A stretch of 64,000 nucleotides of DNA, from IMG/VR virus record IMGVR_UViG_3300045988_137032, positions 1 to 64,000 of that record; one strand, given 5' to 3'. This document shows positions 1 through 11,100 of the stretch, in pieces (position 1 is the stretch's first letter; every line of letters starts with the position of its first letter). The DNA comes from a virus. Position numbers and translations under genes: made by a program. The notes under the pieces were generated by a model, which did no database searches, was not told the DNA's origin, and saw only the letters and a program-made list of their open reading frames with translations.

Positions 1-116
1 TTACCGTAAAGTCTCGAATTATAATGATATATTATAAATGCGAATAATAAGAAGGATGAATAGTAGTAATCCTTCATTTTGTATGATCCTAAAAGGATTA
101 GAAAAGGAGATTCATT

Positions 117-707
117 ATGTCTATTTTCAAGAAAGAAACTCGCGGCCAGAAGATCATGAACGGTGTCAAGGATGTTGCATCTACCGTTGGTGCAATTGGT
201 CTTGCTACCATGTACGTTGCCGGCGCTGCAGTTGTTGAGGCTGCAGAAATCAACGCTGAGACTCAGGCATATTACAACAGCAACAACCGCTACAATAATT
301 ACAAGAGCAATTACAGCAGCAACAACTATCGCAGCGTTGCTAACAACACGAATGATATCACTCGTAACTTCATGAAGGAGTTCGTGAGATCCTTCGGTTC
401 TTTGGAGACCCCGGCTGTCCGTAATATGCGCTCTGGTTGTTTGCATGCTGTAAGCTACAACAGCAGCGTGTATAAGAGCTATTATAGCAACGCAAACTTC
501 CGTGTTGCATGCAGCGGATATGATTGGAAGCTGTACGCCGGTGTTGAGAATGGCGTTGTCATGATGGTTCTCACGACCCGTTATGACAGCATCATCGACA
601 TCGCAAGTTGCTACAGCAATGACCTGTACGAAAAGTTCCGTGAAGAAGCCACTGCAAACTATCGCGTGAACGATATCCACACTGCAGTCCTGAAGGCCCT
701 GCAGTAA
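117..707 (+). CDS. hypothetical protein with N-terminal hydrophobic anchor/signal and an Asn/Tyr/Ser-rich low-complexity stretch
   Basis: 196-aa ORF. AAGGAG lies 7 nt upstream of the ATG. The hydrophobic segment is VASTVGAIGLATMYVAGAAVV. C-ending codon bias (CTG, AAC, TAC, GGC) differs from most neighbours. Confidence 0.8.
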   Translation: MSIFKKETRGQKIMNGVKDVASTVGAIGLATMYVAGAAVVEAAEINAETQAYYNSNNRYNNYKSNYSSNNYRSVANNTNDITRNFMKEFVRSFGSLETPAVRNMRSGCLHAVSYNSSVYKSYYSNANFRVACSGYDWKLYAGVENGVVMMVLTTRYDSIIDIASCYSNDLYEKFREEATANYRVNDIHTAVLKALQ

Positions 708-741
708 TAAAAACGAGATAAAAGAAAAGGAGAAATTTACT

Positions 742-1347
742 ATGTTCCAGCGTTTTGAAGAGACCACCAAGTTCCGCAATGCAGATGAAGCCATGGAGGC
801 TATGAAGTACGCCAATGAGCTTATGAGCCAGGCCATCGCATATCTTACCAATACTGGCGTCAGCATGCCTTCCATGAAGGCATCTCCTCCTAAGCCCATC
901 GAGATCAGTATGAAGAATGCTGATACAACTGCCACTCATCTGTTCAATGGATTTTCCAACAACGACAAGCAGTATTCTGACGCTACCAAGCGTCAGAATA
1001 TCAAGAAGGTCAACGACCGGTATGTGATGGCTATGCAGTATAGCTTTGATCATCTTCCGGCAGGAGAAGATGCGCGGACCTATGATCGGATTGTCACCAA
1101 CCGCAATCGTGTCATCCACAGTTGGGAAGGTGATGATTGCGGTGTCTTCATCACGATTGATGGTGATACCACGATCATCCATATCACCGCCGATACCTTC
1201 AACGAGATCCTGAAGACAGTTATCAACAGGACCGAAAGCGTTCAGTCTTATCTCCGCCTCGCATTGAATGATGAGAGAAAGCCCAAAGAGGAGAAAGATA
1301 TTGCTGAGAAGATTCTGGCCTACATTGACTGGAAGTCTCGGCAGTAA
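742..1347 (+). CDS. hypothetical protein
   Basis: 201-aa ORF with AAGGAG upstream, followed by the intrinsic terminator at 1355..1394. Confidence 0.8.
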   Translation: MFQRFEETTKFRNADEAMEAMKYANELMSQAIAYLTNTGVSMPSMKASPPKPIEISMKNADTTATHLFNGFSNNDKQYSDATKRQNIKKVNDRYVMAMQYSFDHLPAGEDARTYDRIVTNRNRVIHSWEGDDCGVFITIDGDTTIIHITADTFNEILKTVINRTESVQSYLRLALNDERKPKEEKDIAEKILAYIDWKSRQ

Positions 1348-1354
1348 TCTAAAA

Positions 1355-1394
1355 AAGAAGGACCTAACATCCAGTTAGGTATCCTTCTTTTTTG
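1355..1394 (+). terminator. intrinsic terminator
   Basis: Stem GAAGGACCTAAC/GTTAGGtaTCCTTC followed by a T-run. Confidence 0.75.
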
Positions 1395-1448
1395 TTATTA
1401 TACCAATTACCTTATTCTAATTACTATGATCCTGAAAGGAGATCTATT

Positions 1449-1829
1449 ATGACTAAGAAATCTATTTTACGGCAGATTGGCCGTATGGCAAAATCTGTGG
1501 AACTGGTACAGAGAGATGAGAATGGTAAGATGCATGTTACCCACGAAGCCTTCAAACCTATCAGTGGTAGAACTGCTGGACGTATCCTCAATAATCAGGA
1601 TCTTCGTGGTATCCTTACTACTGCAACCGGTATTCTGATTATCGCTGATGATGTCCTGGATACCGATGCTTCCGGTAATATCAAGTTCCGGAAGTACGAT
1701 AAGAATAAGAAGTACGTTATCTCTGCTGAGGTAGTTCCTGAAAACGAAGGTGTCATGTATGCCGAAATTAAAGAACTTGGAGCACACGCCTTTGAGCATA
1801 CTGAAGCAAATGGGACCACTGTGGATTAG
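1449..1829 (+). CDS. hypothetical protein
   Basis: Start moved to the ATG at 1449 (MTKKSILRQIG), which has GAAAGGAG 8 nt upstream. The track start at 1392 has no RBS. Confidence 0.75.
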   Translation: MTKKSILRQIGRMAKSVELVQRDENGKMHVTHEAFKPISGRTAGRILNNQDLRGILTTATGILIIADDVLDTDASGNIKFRKYDKNKKYVISAEVVPENEGVMYAEIKELGAHAFEHTEANGTTVD

Positions 1830-1962
1830 TGACGATCCATTATTGCCTGATGTTGTTTTGGTACAAGACACTGAATGGCGTGAAATTTTCAAAAAGAATT
1901 TGATGCGAGCTGCTAAATATCGTCATAATGGCGAATGGCGCGTAGTTCAATTTTACGTTTAA
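1810..1962 (+). CDS. possible small overlapping ORF (50 aa) or +1-frame extension of the upstream gene
   Basis: The ATG at 1810 overlaps the end of 1449..1829 by 20 nt in the +1 frame. The ORF runs right up to the terminator at 1965..2008, so this 130-nt stretch lies inside the transcript. There is no clear SD. Confidence 0.25.
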   Translation: MGPLWISDDPLLPDVVLVQDTEWREIFKKNLMRAAKYRHNGEWRVVQFYV

Positions 1963-1964
1963 GA

Positions 1965-2008
1965 AGAAAGACTATACTGGAGTGATTCTGGTATAGTCTT
2001 TCTTTTTT
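1965..2008 (+). terminator. intrinsic terminator
   Basis: 13-bp stem AGAAAGACTATAC/GTATAGTCTTTCT followed by TTTTT. Confidence 0.8.
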
Positions 2009-2102
2009 CTATTCATTCCTATTTTAGCCTTGAAAACAGACTTGTAAGGGCTAAATAGTATAGACGAGTATAGTAGTCTACTCATCAAATGGAAAGGAGT
2101 GG

Positions 2103-5100
2103 ATGGATTCTATGGCGAATGATAAGCCGGATATTAAGAAAACTACCGGTAAGATTAACTCAAAATGGATGCAAAATGCTGTTAAGAGTCTTGGTCTTGC
2201 TGGTACGGAAGTAATCAAAGAAATCTTCCCCGCAACTACATCTGCTGTCACAAGCACAAGTAAGTTAGCCTCAGATGCTATTAAATCGGCTCGAGATGCC
2301 ACGAAAGATAGTAAGTCAATTTCTAATGCACTGAATCAAATGAGTGGCGTTAGAATGGCAAAGGAAGTTGTTGAAAACTCCATTGCTGACTTAAAGAGTG
2401 GCAAACTCTATAATCCTGACAGAGATCCATTTAGTAGCGGATCAGATGGATTCAGTGAAGATGACGTCGATACCATGTTTGGTGATATCGACGATATGTT
2501 CTCTGATGATGAATCTGGCAACGGAGATTCAGCACCTGATGTCCAAATCAATAATCAGGTAGTGAATCGTGATGGTAGCAGTCAGGATGCTACCATTCAA
2601 GTTCTTCAAAAGACTACCCAGCATCAGTTACAAGCTTCAAAAGCGCAGATTGATGCCATGGTGTCTATTTCTTCCATGCAGATGGCTCGTACGTCTGAAA
2701 TGGGAGCAAAGATCGTAGATGCATTGGATGCTATCAATAATAACATCGCATCTCTGATCGAATTCAATAATGATAATATGTCGAAGCTTATTAGCTCGTC
2801 TATCTCGTTCTACGAGCAGATGGGCATGAAGCGTGAAGAGGAATACTCTGGTGGCAAGGGCCAGGTTAAACCTGAGGATATTTTCTCTAACGGCTTCAAT
2901 GCTTCCACATATAAAGATTACATCAAGCAGAATATTAATAATTCACTGCTGATGTCTACGCTTGGAATGGTTACTGACCAAAAGGATATGATTGCATCAA
3001 ATCCTGTTGGTATGGTACTCCAAGCAACCATGAAGGGTCTGATTCCTAAAGTTGCACGTAGTGCAATGGAGGAATTTGATAAGACATTCTCCAACTTCCT
3101 TCCGAATATGTTGGAGAGGCTTTCTGATTGGGGTGAAGGTGGAGACACTCAATCTCTCGGAGGAATGGTCCGTAGAAGTATTGGCTCCGTGTTTGGTATT
3201 AAGAACCAGCGAACCAATTACATCAACCCTAAGAAAGCTGATCCTACGCCGATGCCTTGGAATGGCATGGCGAATCATGCCCTGATTGAAGTCATTCCTA
3301 AGTATCTTCGTGAGTCCACTGGTTACTTACAGGAAATTGCGGAAGTAATTACTGGTAAGACCAGAGATGAAATGAGCGATAAGTTTGTCGGTTACAACTG
3401 GGAAACTGGTCAATATCAAGGCATCAATGATCAGCGTAATCAGATTGCTGATACGTTTATCAATAATACCGTTGATGTACTTCAGAAGAGTGACTTCTAT
3501 AAGCAGCTTCAGATGTTCTCAAGCAGCCTTAAGAACAAAGAGCTTGGCAAACAGCTGATGGAGATGTTCCCTGAATTTGCTCTTCGTGTCGAACAGCATC
3601 AGGGTCCTATTAAGTGGGAGAATCAGTTAGATCGCGAGACCCTCTTCTCTACTATCAAGGGTGGTGATGCTGAAGCTAAGAAAGCCATGGAGGGCATGAT
3701 TCTCGATATGCTCGAGAATAATTCTGGTGCTCTTGGTGATCTTGCTACAGCAAAGCGTAAAGCGACGCAGTCTCGTAAAGAGATGATTTCGTCTTATGAG
3801 CGTAATGCTGATGAGAATAATATTCGTCAGGTTCTTGATGGCCGTTCCACGGATCAGTGGATTGAAGATCGTATTAATGCTAAGATTGCAGATAAGGGTC
3901 ATATTGAAGTTACTCCTGTAGCAAAGAAAGTCTCTGTACCTACGATTCTTAGTGAGATCAATAGCGTTCTTCATCGTGGTATCTACGTCGTTGTGAAGAA
4001 TCGTTTCCCTGGTGAAAAGGGTTCTGATGGTGATAAGAATGCTACAGTTGATACGAAATCTCGTATCGTTTCAGAGGGTAAGCCTTATGTGAAGAATGCC
4101 AGCGGTCTTATTGTACCTGCTCAAGCAACTCCGAAACCTGAGACGACGGCTACCGTATCTGATAATCCTAAAGCTACAGAAAAGAAGGAAGAACTGACAG
4201 CTCAGGACTATGCTGGTATTTATAATTTCCACCGGAAAGAAGCTGAGAAAGCTTCCATTCAGGGTGAACCTGATAAGTATCAGCTCGGTAATTATACTGC
4301 TGGTTTCTTCAACACGCTTAGTGGACTTATGAATGGTATTATGAATGGCGACGCGGATCGAGCATTCGATAACGTCATGAATAGTATCTATGATAAGTTT
4401 GCTAATGCTGGACGTGAAATTTCTGCAAAGTTCTTAACTCCTATTAAGCAGGAGCTCTTCGGCACGAAGAACGAAAAGACTGGGTACAAAGATGGTGGAT
4501 TGTTTTCTGGTGTAACGAACCGGATGCGTGAATCCATGTTTGCTCTCCGTCATATGATTACCGGTGAAGGTTATGTCGGTGCTGATGGTAAGAAGGTAGA
4601 AGCTGATACTTCTGGTAATACAGTGAAAGCCAAACTTACTGGAATGCTCCATAACCTGAGTAACGGTATCAAAGTTCGTATCTTCGGTGAAAAAGAAGAT
4701 GGGAAAGATACCAAGGAAGGTATTCTTCAGAAAGCACAGAATGGCATTGCAAAGACAGTAAGCACTTTCCATAAAGGACTTGCTGGTTGGAAGCATGCTA
4801 TTTTCGGTGATAAGTATGAAGATGATCAGGATCCTGAAAAGACAGGTAAAGAAGTCTGGGCTGAAATCAAAGAGAAAGCATCTAAGATGCTTCCTTCTGG
4901 ATTAGCCGGATCTGCTGTTGGCGCCATGGGCGGTATGATGTCTGGTGGCGTATTAGGAACACTTGTTGGTGGTCCTATTGGCGGCGCTTTGCTTGGCTTT
5001 GCTGGTGGTCTTGCGTCGAGATCCGAAAAGTTCAAGGATTGGCTGTTTGGTCCCGAAGATAAAGACGGTAACCGTGCTGGTGGTCTTATCAGTGCGAATA

Positions 5101-8100
5101 CTCAGAAATTCTTCAAGGAGCATGCTGCATTCTTAACTGGTGGTGCTGCGCTTGGCGCTGCTAAAGGAGCTATCACTGGCGGTGGTGTTCTTGGTAATCT
5201 TGTTGGTGGTCCTGTTGCAGGTGCACTGATGGGTCTTGGCACCGCTGTTGTTCTGAAGTCTAGCATCTTCCAGAAGTTCCTCTTCGGTGATGAAAAACTT
5301 GGTCAGCTCGGTATTGTCACTCTCGGTAAGCAGTGGATGCGTAATATCGTATCCAAGTCTGGTGAAGAAGGCGGAGTTGATGGTTCTAAGCTTTTCGGTA
5401 TGATGGGAATTGGTGCTGCAAGCGGTGGCCTCCTCGGTACACTTGTTGGTGGTCCTATTCTCGGCGCATCCATGGGCTTAGGCACAGCTATTCTTGCCCA
5501 GAAAGAAAACTTCCATGCATGGCTTTTCGGCGAAGATGACGAGAAGACCGGTGCTCATCGTGAAGGTATCTTTGGCCAGTTTAAGAATGCTATCAAGGTT
5601 TCTGTCCTTGATCCTATGAAGCATCGTATTGAGGAAACAGCTGCTGATGCAAAACGATTCCTCTACTACGACGTTTTAGCAAAGCTTAATATTGCACTTG
5701 AGCCTATTGGCAGGGGTATTTCTGATTTAGTTGGTAATATCTCAGCATCTGTCTGGGATACTACGAAGAGTGTCGGTAAGTACATTAAGGAAGACTTCCT
5801 TGGTGGCATGGTTGATGCTACAAGAAGTATTCTTACTCCTGTAACTGAAGCTGCTACGGCAGCAGGTTCTGCTATCTGGACTGCCACTAAAGCAATCGTT
5901 GCTGCTCCTGTCAATCTTCTTTATGCAGTTACAAGCCCTCTCATGGAGAGTGCAAAGCATGTCATTGGTACTGCTGTAAAGGTTATCACAACTCCTATCG
6001 GTCTTGCAATTAAGGGATCTATGAAAATCCTTACTACATCCATTGGTCTTGCTGCCAAGACTATCGGTAAAGCAGTTGCTTTGCCGTTTAATGTAGTAAG
6101 TAAGGCAATGCGATTCATCAACGATAAGGTTATAGGAACAGTTGCCCATATTGGTCGTGCCGGTATGCAGTTGGTTGCTGATGTAAAGGATGCTGTTCTT
6201 AATCACGGTCCTATTGGTTGGATCCGCAAGCAGTTTAGCAATGCCAAAGACTTCATGGGTGTAATAAAGACCCAGATCAGTGAGATGTTTGACCCAATGA
6301 AGGATGCCATGAAGTCTGCTATCAAATATGCGGCTCATAGCATCACTGATCATGTGAAGAAGACTTTCTCCGATTCCATTCATTCCTTCTTCAATATTCT
6401 CAATCCTATTAACTGGATCAAGAAGGGTGCACAGCTCCTTGGCTTTGGTAAGAATAAGGATAGTGATAATCAGTCTGGCGGTAAAAAAGGATACTTCGCA
6501 CGTCTTTGGGAAAGAACGAAGTATGGCCCTGAAGTCAAGGATTATTCTGGTAAGATGGTCCATGACGAAGATGGTAATCTGATTGGTCGTGTTAAGGGAT
6601 TCACTCGTGCACAGGCTGATAGAAACCGTAAGAACGCCAGCATCAATGAAGCGAATAAGATCAAAGAAACCAGAAAGGCAAATAAAGACCGCGAATACAA
6701 TCAGCGGATGATTGCTAAGTATACAAAGAACCAGCGTGGTACTGATACTGAAGAAAATCGTCTGCTTGCTCTTGCTGAGGCTAAGCGCCAAGGTAAGACG
6801 ATTGAATGGCGAGGAGAAGCTATTAAGGCTGAAAGCGTTAAGAAAACTGAACTCTTCCAGGATAAGTCTGTATCGATTCAGGAAGATACCAATAAGACTT
6901 TGAATCGTATTGCTGATTTCATTATGGGTCGTACTCCGAAGCAGAGCCTTTGGGATGAACGTGTTGACCAGTATAATGATGGTAAGCATCAAGGTAACCT
7001 TATTGGTATTCGTGATAAGACTCTTGAGGAAAAACGCGCTTCCGTAGTGACTGATGATCAAGATAGAGAAATGCATCGTATTCAGAAAAACGTGGATAAA
7101 GCACGTGCGCGTGAATCTAAGGCTCGTCAGGAAAACTACGATAAGCTTTTCCGGGAACGTGGTTTCTGGGGAGGCTTAGCTGCTGTCAATTCCAATATCC
7201 GTGGTATCCGTAAGGGTATTAAAGCTGGTAAAAACGGCCAGATGAAGTATGCCGAAGGCACTGACAATGCTAAGGCTGGCGAAGCTCTCACTGGTGAAAA
7301 TGGTCCCGAGATCATCGATGATAAGAAGGGTAATGCTGTCATTACTGGTGCTAATGGCCCTGAAGTCCGTGAGATGAGCGGTGGCGAAAAAGTTATTCCC
7401 AATGGCGGCATTATGGGTGTCTTTAACGGAATGCTTAACTATCTGCGTGATATTCGTGATAGTGTTAATGCTGGATTTAAGACTACCGTAGAAGCTGTTG
7501 ATGAGAATGCTGACGCTACTGCAACTATTGCAGATACTCCCGATCTCCCTGATAGCAACTGGGTAGATAAGAATTATACTCCCCAGATGAATACAAACAT
7601 TGCTCCTTATTTGACAAGACATGATCCGCCTAAGGCGACTGTCGAGTTCAATAAGGCAGTTGGTAAAACAGCTGAAGCACAAAAAGCTGCGGCAGCAGCA
7701 GCTGATGAAAAAGCAAGTGATGCTGAATTCAAAGAGAAGGTTACAGAAGGTATTGCTGATGTAAATGAGGGGGTTCGTTCTCATAATAGCATCTGGAATT
7801 CCATCTTCTCCAAGAAGGGTCTCATTACCGGTGCTTTGATTCTTGGTGCTCCGTTGATTTTTAAATTCCTGAAATCTATCCCTGGTCTTATCAATAAACT
7901 CATCAATGCATTTGGTGATGCAGGAGCTCGCTTTACTGAGGATCTTAAGTTTGGTCAGGATTCTCTTGGTGATGGTCGTAATAGCGGAAATGTCATCGGT
8001 GATGAACTGGAAGGATTAGGTCGTACTGCCGAGTCTCTTGGTCGTGGTGATCTTCCTGGCGCATTCAGAAATTTCGTTTATGATAAGGACGGCCAGGTAT

Positions 8101-11100
8101 ACAACGAGACTGGTGCTCGTGAAAAACTTCTTGCTCATGGTGCTATTGATGTAGCTAACACGGCAATGAAGCATGGTAAGCAGCTTCATGCAGCAGCTAA
8201 GGGCGCTCTGGCTACAGTCAAGGGTGTTGGTAGTGCTGCAAAGAGTGCTGGTAGATACCTCGTCTCAAACTTTAAGACTGGAGTCGGCCTTAGCAAGGGT
8301 CTTTATGGTGTTACTACTAATGAAGCTGTCAAAGCTCTGATTGAAAGCTCTGGTGGTTTATCCAGTCCTTCTGATATCGGCTATGTGGCTCAGTCTACTG
8401 CAAATAAGGCATCCGTTAAGGTTGGTGAAATTGCAGGTAAGACGGCTGAGAAGATTGGAAAAGCTGCTGAAAAAACTGGTGTTACTAAAGTCATTGACGT
8501 TGTCAAGAACTTCTTTGTGTCGCTTGCTACTAAAGCAAATGCAAAGTTCGGCGGTAAGATTTCCAATAATATCTTCACTAGACTTATCACAAAGGTAAGT
8601 GGTTGTATCAAGAAGGGTTGGAGCGTTCTCTCTCCGAAGATCTCTAGGATTCTTTCTGGTGCAGGTGCTCTTGCTTCTACTGGTATCGGTCTGCTTGCTA
8701 AGGAAGGAACCTGGGTCGTACTCGGTGCTGTGAACGGTGCAACTGGTGCAAAGCGTTTGTTCCGCTCAAAGGATTACGTTGATGCTAAGATGATCGCTAT
8801 CTCTGCTGTATTCGGCGGATTTGCTGGTACTACACTTGGTAGCGTCGTTGACTGTGTTAATGAGTTGATCGTTTCCGTTCTCGGAATTGATATGTTTACT
8901 GAAGCTGCAACGCTTATCTATCAGCTCGTCTCTTCTGAAGACGATATGAATAAGCTTGACGCTTCTCAGGATAGTCTTAAGAATGATTATACTGCAAGTG
9001 TGGATACAAGTTTGGATGAGCAGTATGATACCATGGTTAAGACTGGACTCATTGATTCCAGTATTGATAAGGAAACTTGGAAAGAACAGGCTAAGAACGG
9101 TGAAACTGCTGCCAATATTCAGTCCTTTGCTGATTATAACGATCAGCAGAATCAGACTCTTGGCTCTACTGTAAGTAAGGCTGTTAAGAATAGCTTTATT
9201 GGTAAGGGCGCTAGAGGAATTAAGAATGCTCTCTTTGGTTCTACCGAAGGCCGTTACTATGACACTCAGAATCAGAATGTCGAATATCGTAGAGGTGATG
9301 ATGGTAATTATTACGCCTATGATGTTAAGACTGGTAAACAGCTGAGTGAAACAGGCATTGATCGTTCTGTCTTTGAGTCTGATACTGAGCGTTTCCAGAG
9401 TGGTGATATTGTCAAGGAAGGTGCCATTAAGAAAGCCGTTACAGCTGTAAAGGATCTTCCTAGCAATATTTCTAATGGTATCAAAAACTTCAAAGCTGGC
9501 GCTGCTGAGAAAGCTAATGTTGTTAAAGCAAAATTCAGTGAAAGCTGGAAGAGTCTGAATGAGTGGGCATCTGGTACTTGGACCAATGCTACAACTGCTG
9601 CAAGTGAATGGGCATCCAATACATGGGCTTCTATTAAGACTGGTACTAAAGTCATGGGTAAGAAGTTCTCTGATAGTGCCAATAGTCTCGGTAAGTTCTT
9701 TACTTCTATTCCAGGCTCTGTGAATTCTGTCATGACTTCTGCTGGTAAGAAGATTAGTGATCTCTTTACAAGCACAAAAGAACAGGTTTCTACTGTAATC
9801 AATTCTACTGGAGAACTTGCAAGTGCAGCATTCACTGGTAATAGTGAGAAGTTCAATAATGCTGGTCAGGATATTGATGATAGCCAGCCTATCGCGAAAG
9901 CATTGATTGGCGTTAATAAATTCCTTCTGAGTCCCATTAGTGGTATTTCTGGTTTTGCTGTTAATATGGTGAAAACTATTAAGAACAGCATCGATGCGAC
10001 TAAGAATATCACAAAGGATGCTGCTAATTACGCTTCTACTCTGTCCAAGTATACTGACAGCAATAAGAGTATGAATGGCTTCTTCAATGAGAAGATGTCT
10101 AATGCCGATAAGAATCCTGTAGTGAAGATTGTCCAGTCAATGGTACAGTTCTTCATGAACATGTATGTTTCCCTTGGCCGTGCTATTTCTGGTGTGGTTA
10201 ACAAGGTGAAAGATACAGCAGGTAATGTCGGTAATTGGATTAAGAATCTTCTCGGTATCGGCGACAAGGAGCATGTCACAATCAATGGATTTGATCAATC
10301 TGATATTGATGCATACAATGCTGCGGTTGCTAGTGGTGAATTTGATCCGAATTCCGTCGGTATTCGATCTGCCAAGAGTGGTAGGGGTGGACGTGGCATC
10401 ATGCCTTCGTCTCTGAATGGTGGAACTTATTTCTCCCAGACGGATTCCCGTTGGGCTGGAGATAGTTACGCCGAAGCGAATGGTAATGATGCAAATGCTA
10501 CTATGGCAGACTCTGGCTGTGGCCCGACTGCTATGGCTATGGCACTTAGTGACGTTACCGGTAAGTCACCTACTCCAACGAATCTTGCTCGGCTTGCACA
10601 GAAGACTGGTGATCGTGATGATACCGGTACGAATGTAAACTTCATTACAAATGCAGCGAACGCATACGGCGTTCAGTCGGATGAGACAATCAATCCTACT
10701 CCGAATAAGATCATCAATGAACTTCGTTCTAGTGGTAATCCGATGGTTCTGCTTGGACAGAGTGATGGTGGTAATGGTCCTTATACTTCTTCCGGCCACT
10801 ACATTGTGGCTGAGGGCGTTGATAATAACGGAAATGTTGTTGTGAACGATCCTCGTGGTCCTGAGTATTCTGGTTCTGTAGCTCCGAGTCAGCTTGCTGG
10901 TACTACTTCTTCTGCTTGGTCCTTCGGTGGACGTGGAAAGCGTAAGAATGTAATTCATTCAGTGAATTCTGATATCGGTGGATACAGTGGTAACCGTGAA
11001 AAGTGGATCAACATCGTTGCTGAAGTTAAACGTCAGATTGCTGCTAGTAAGGCTGGCTACTCTAATACCGGTTCTGTCACAGTTACCATTGGCGGTAAGT

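Noticed and set aside
1392-1448. Upstream in-frame extensions given by the ORF track for many genes. Examples are 1392, 15610, 25065, 25686, 28172, 32555, 34444, 42150, 44026, 45508, 47394 and 59457.
   Set aside because: In each case an internal ATG or GTG lies 6-12 nt downstream of an AAGGAG-type site, whereas the track start has no RBS or overlaps one. The coordinates were trimmed accordingly, but the true starts remain unverified.
5742-7076. Long antisense ORFs opposite real genes. Examples are 5742..7076(-), 11100..11975(-), 31551..32639(+), 34693..36381(-), 38982..39938(-), 40356..41246(-), 42417..43454(-), 50106..51194(-), 57114..58253(-) and 61850..62890(-).
   Set aside because: Each lies entirely inside a longer ORF on the other strand that has a strong RBS and recognisable motifs or coherent composition. 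The antisense translations are low-complexity (Ile/Leu/Ser/Arg-rich) and lack RBSs. They are shadow ORFs produced by the codon bias of the true frame.
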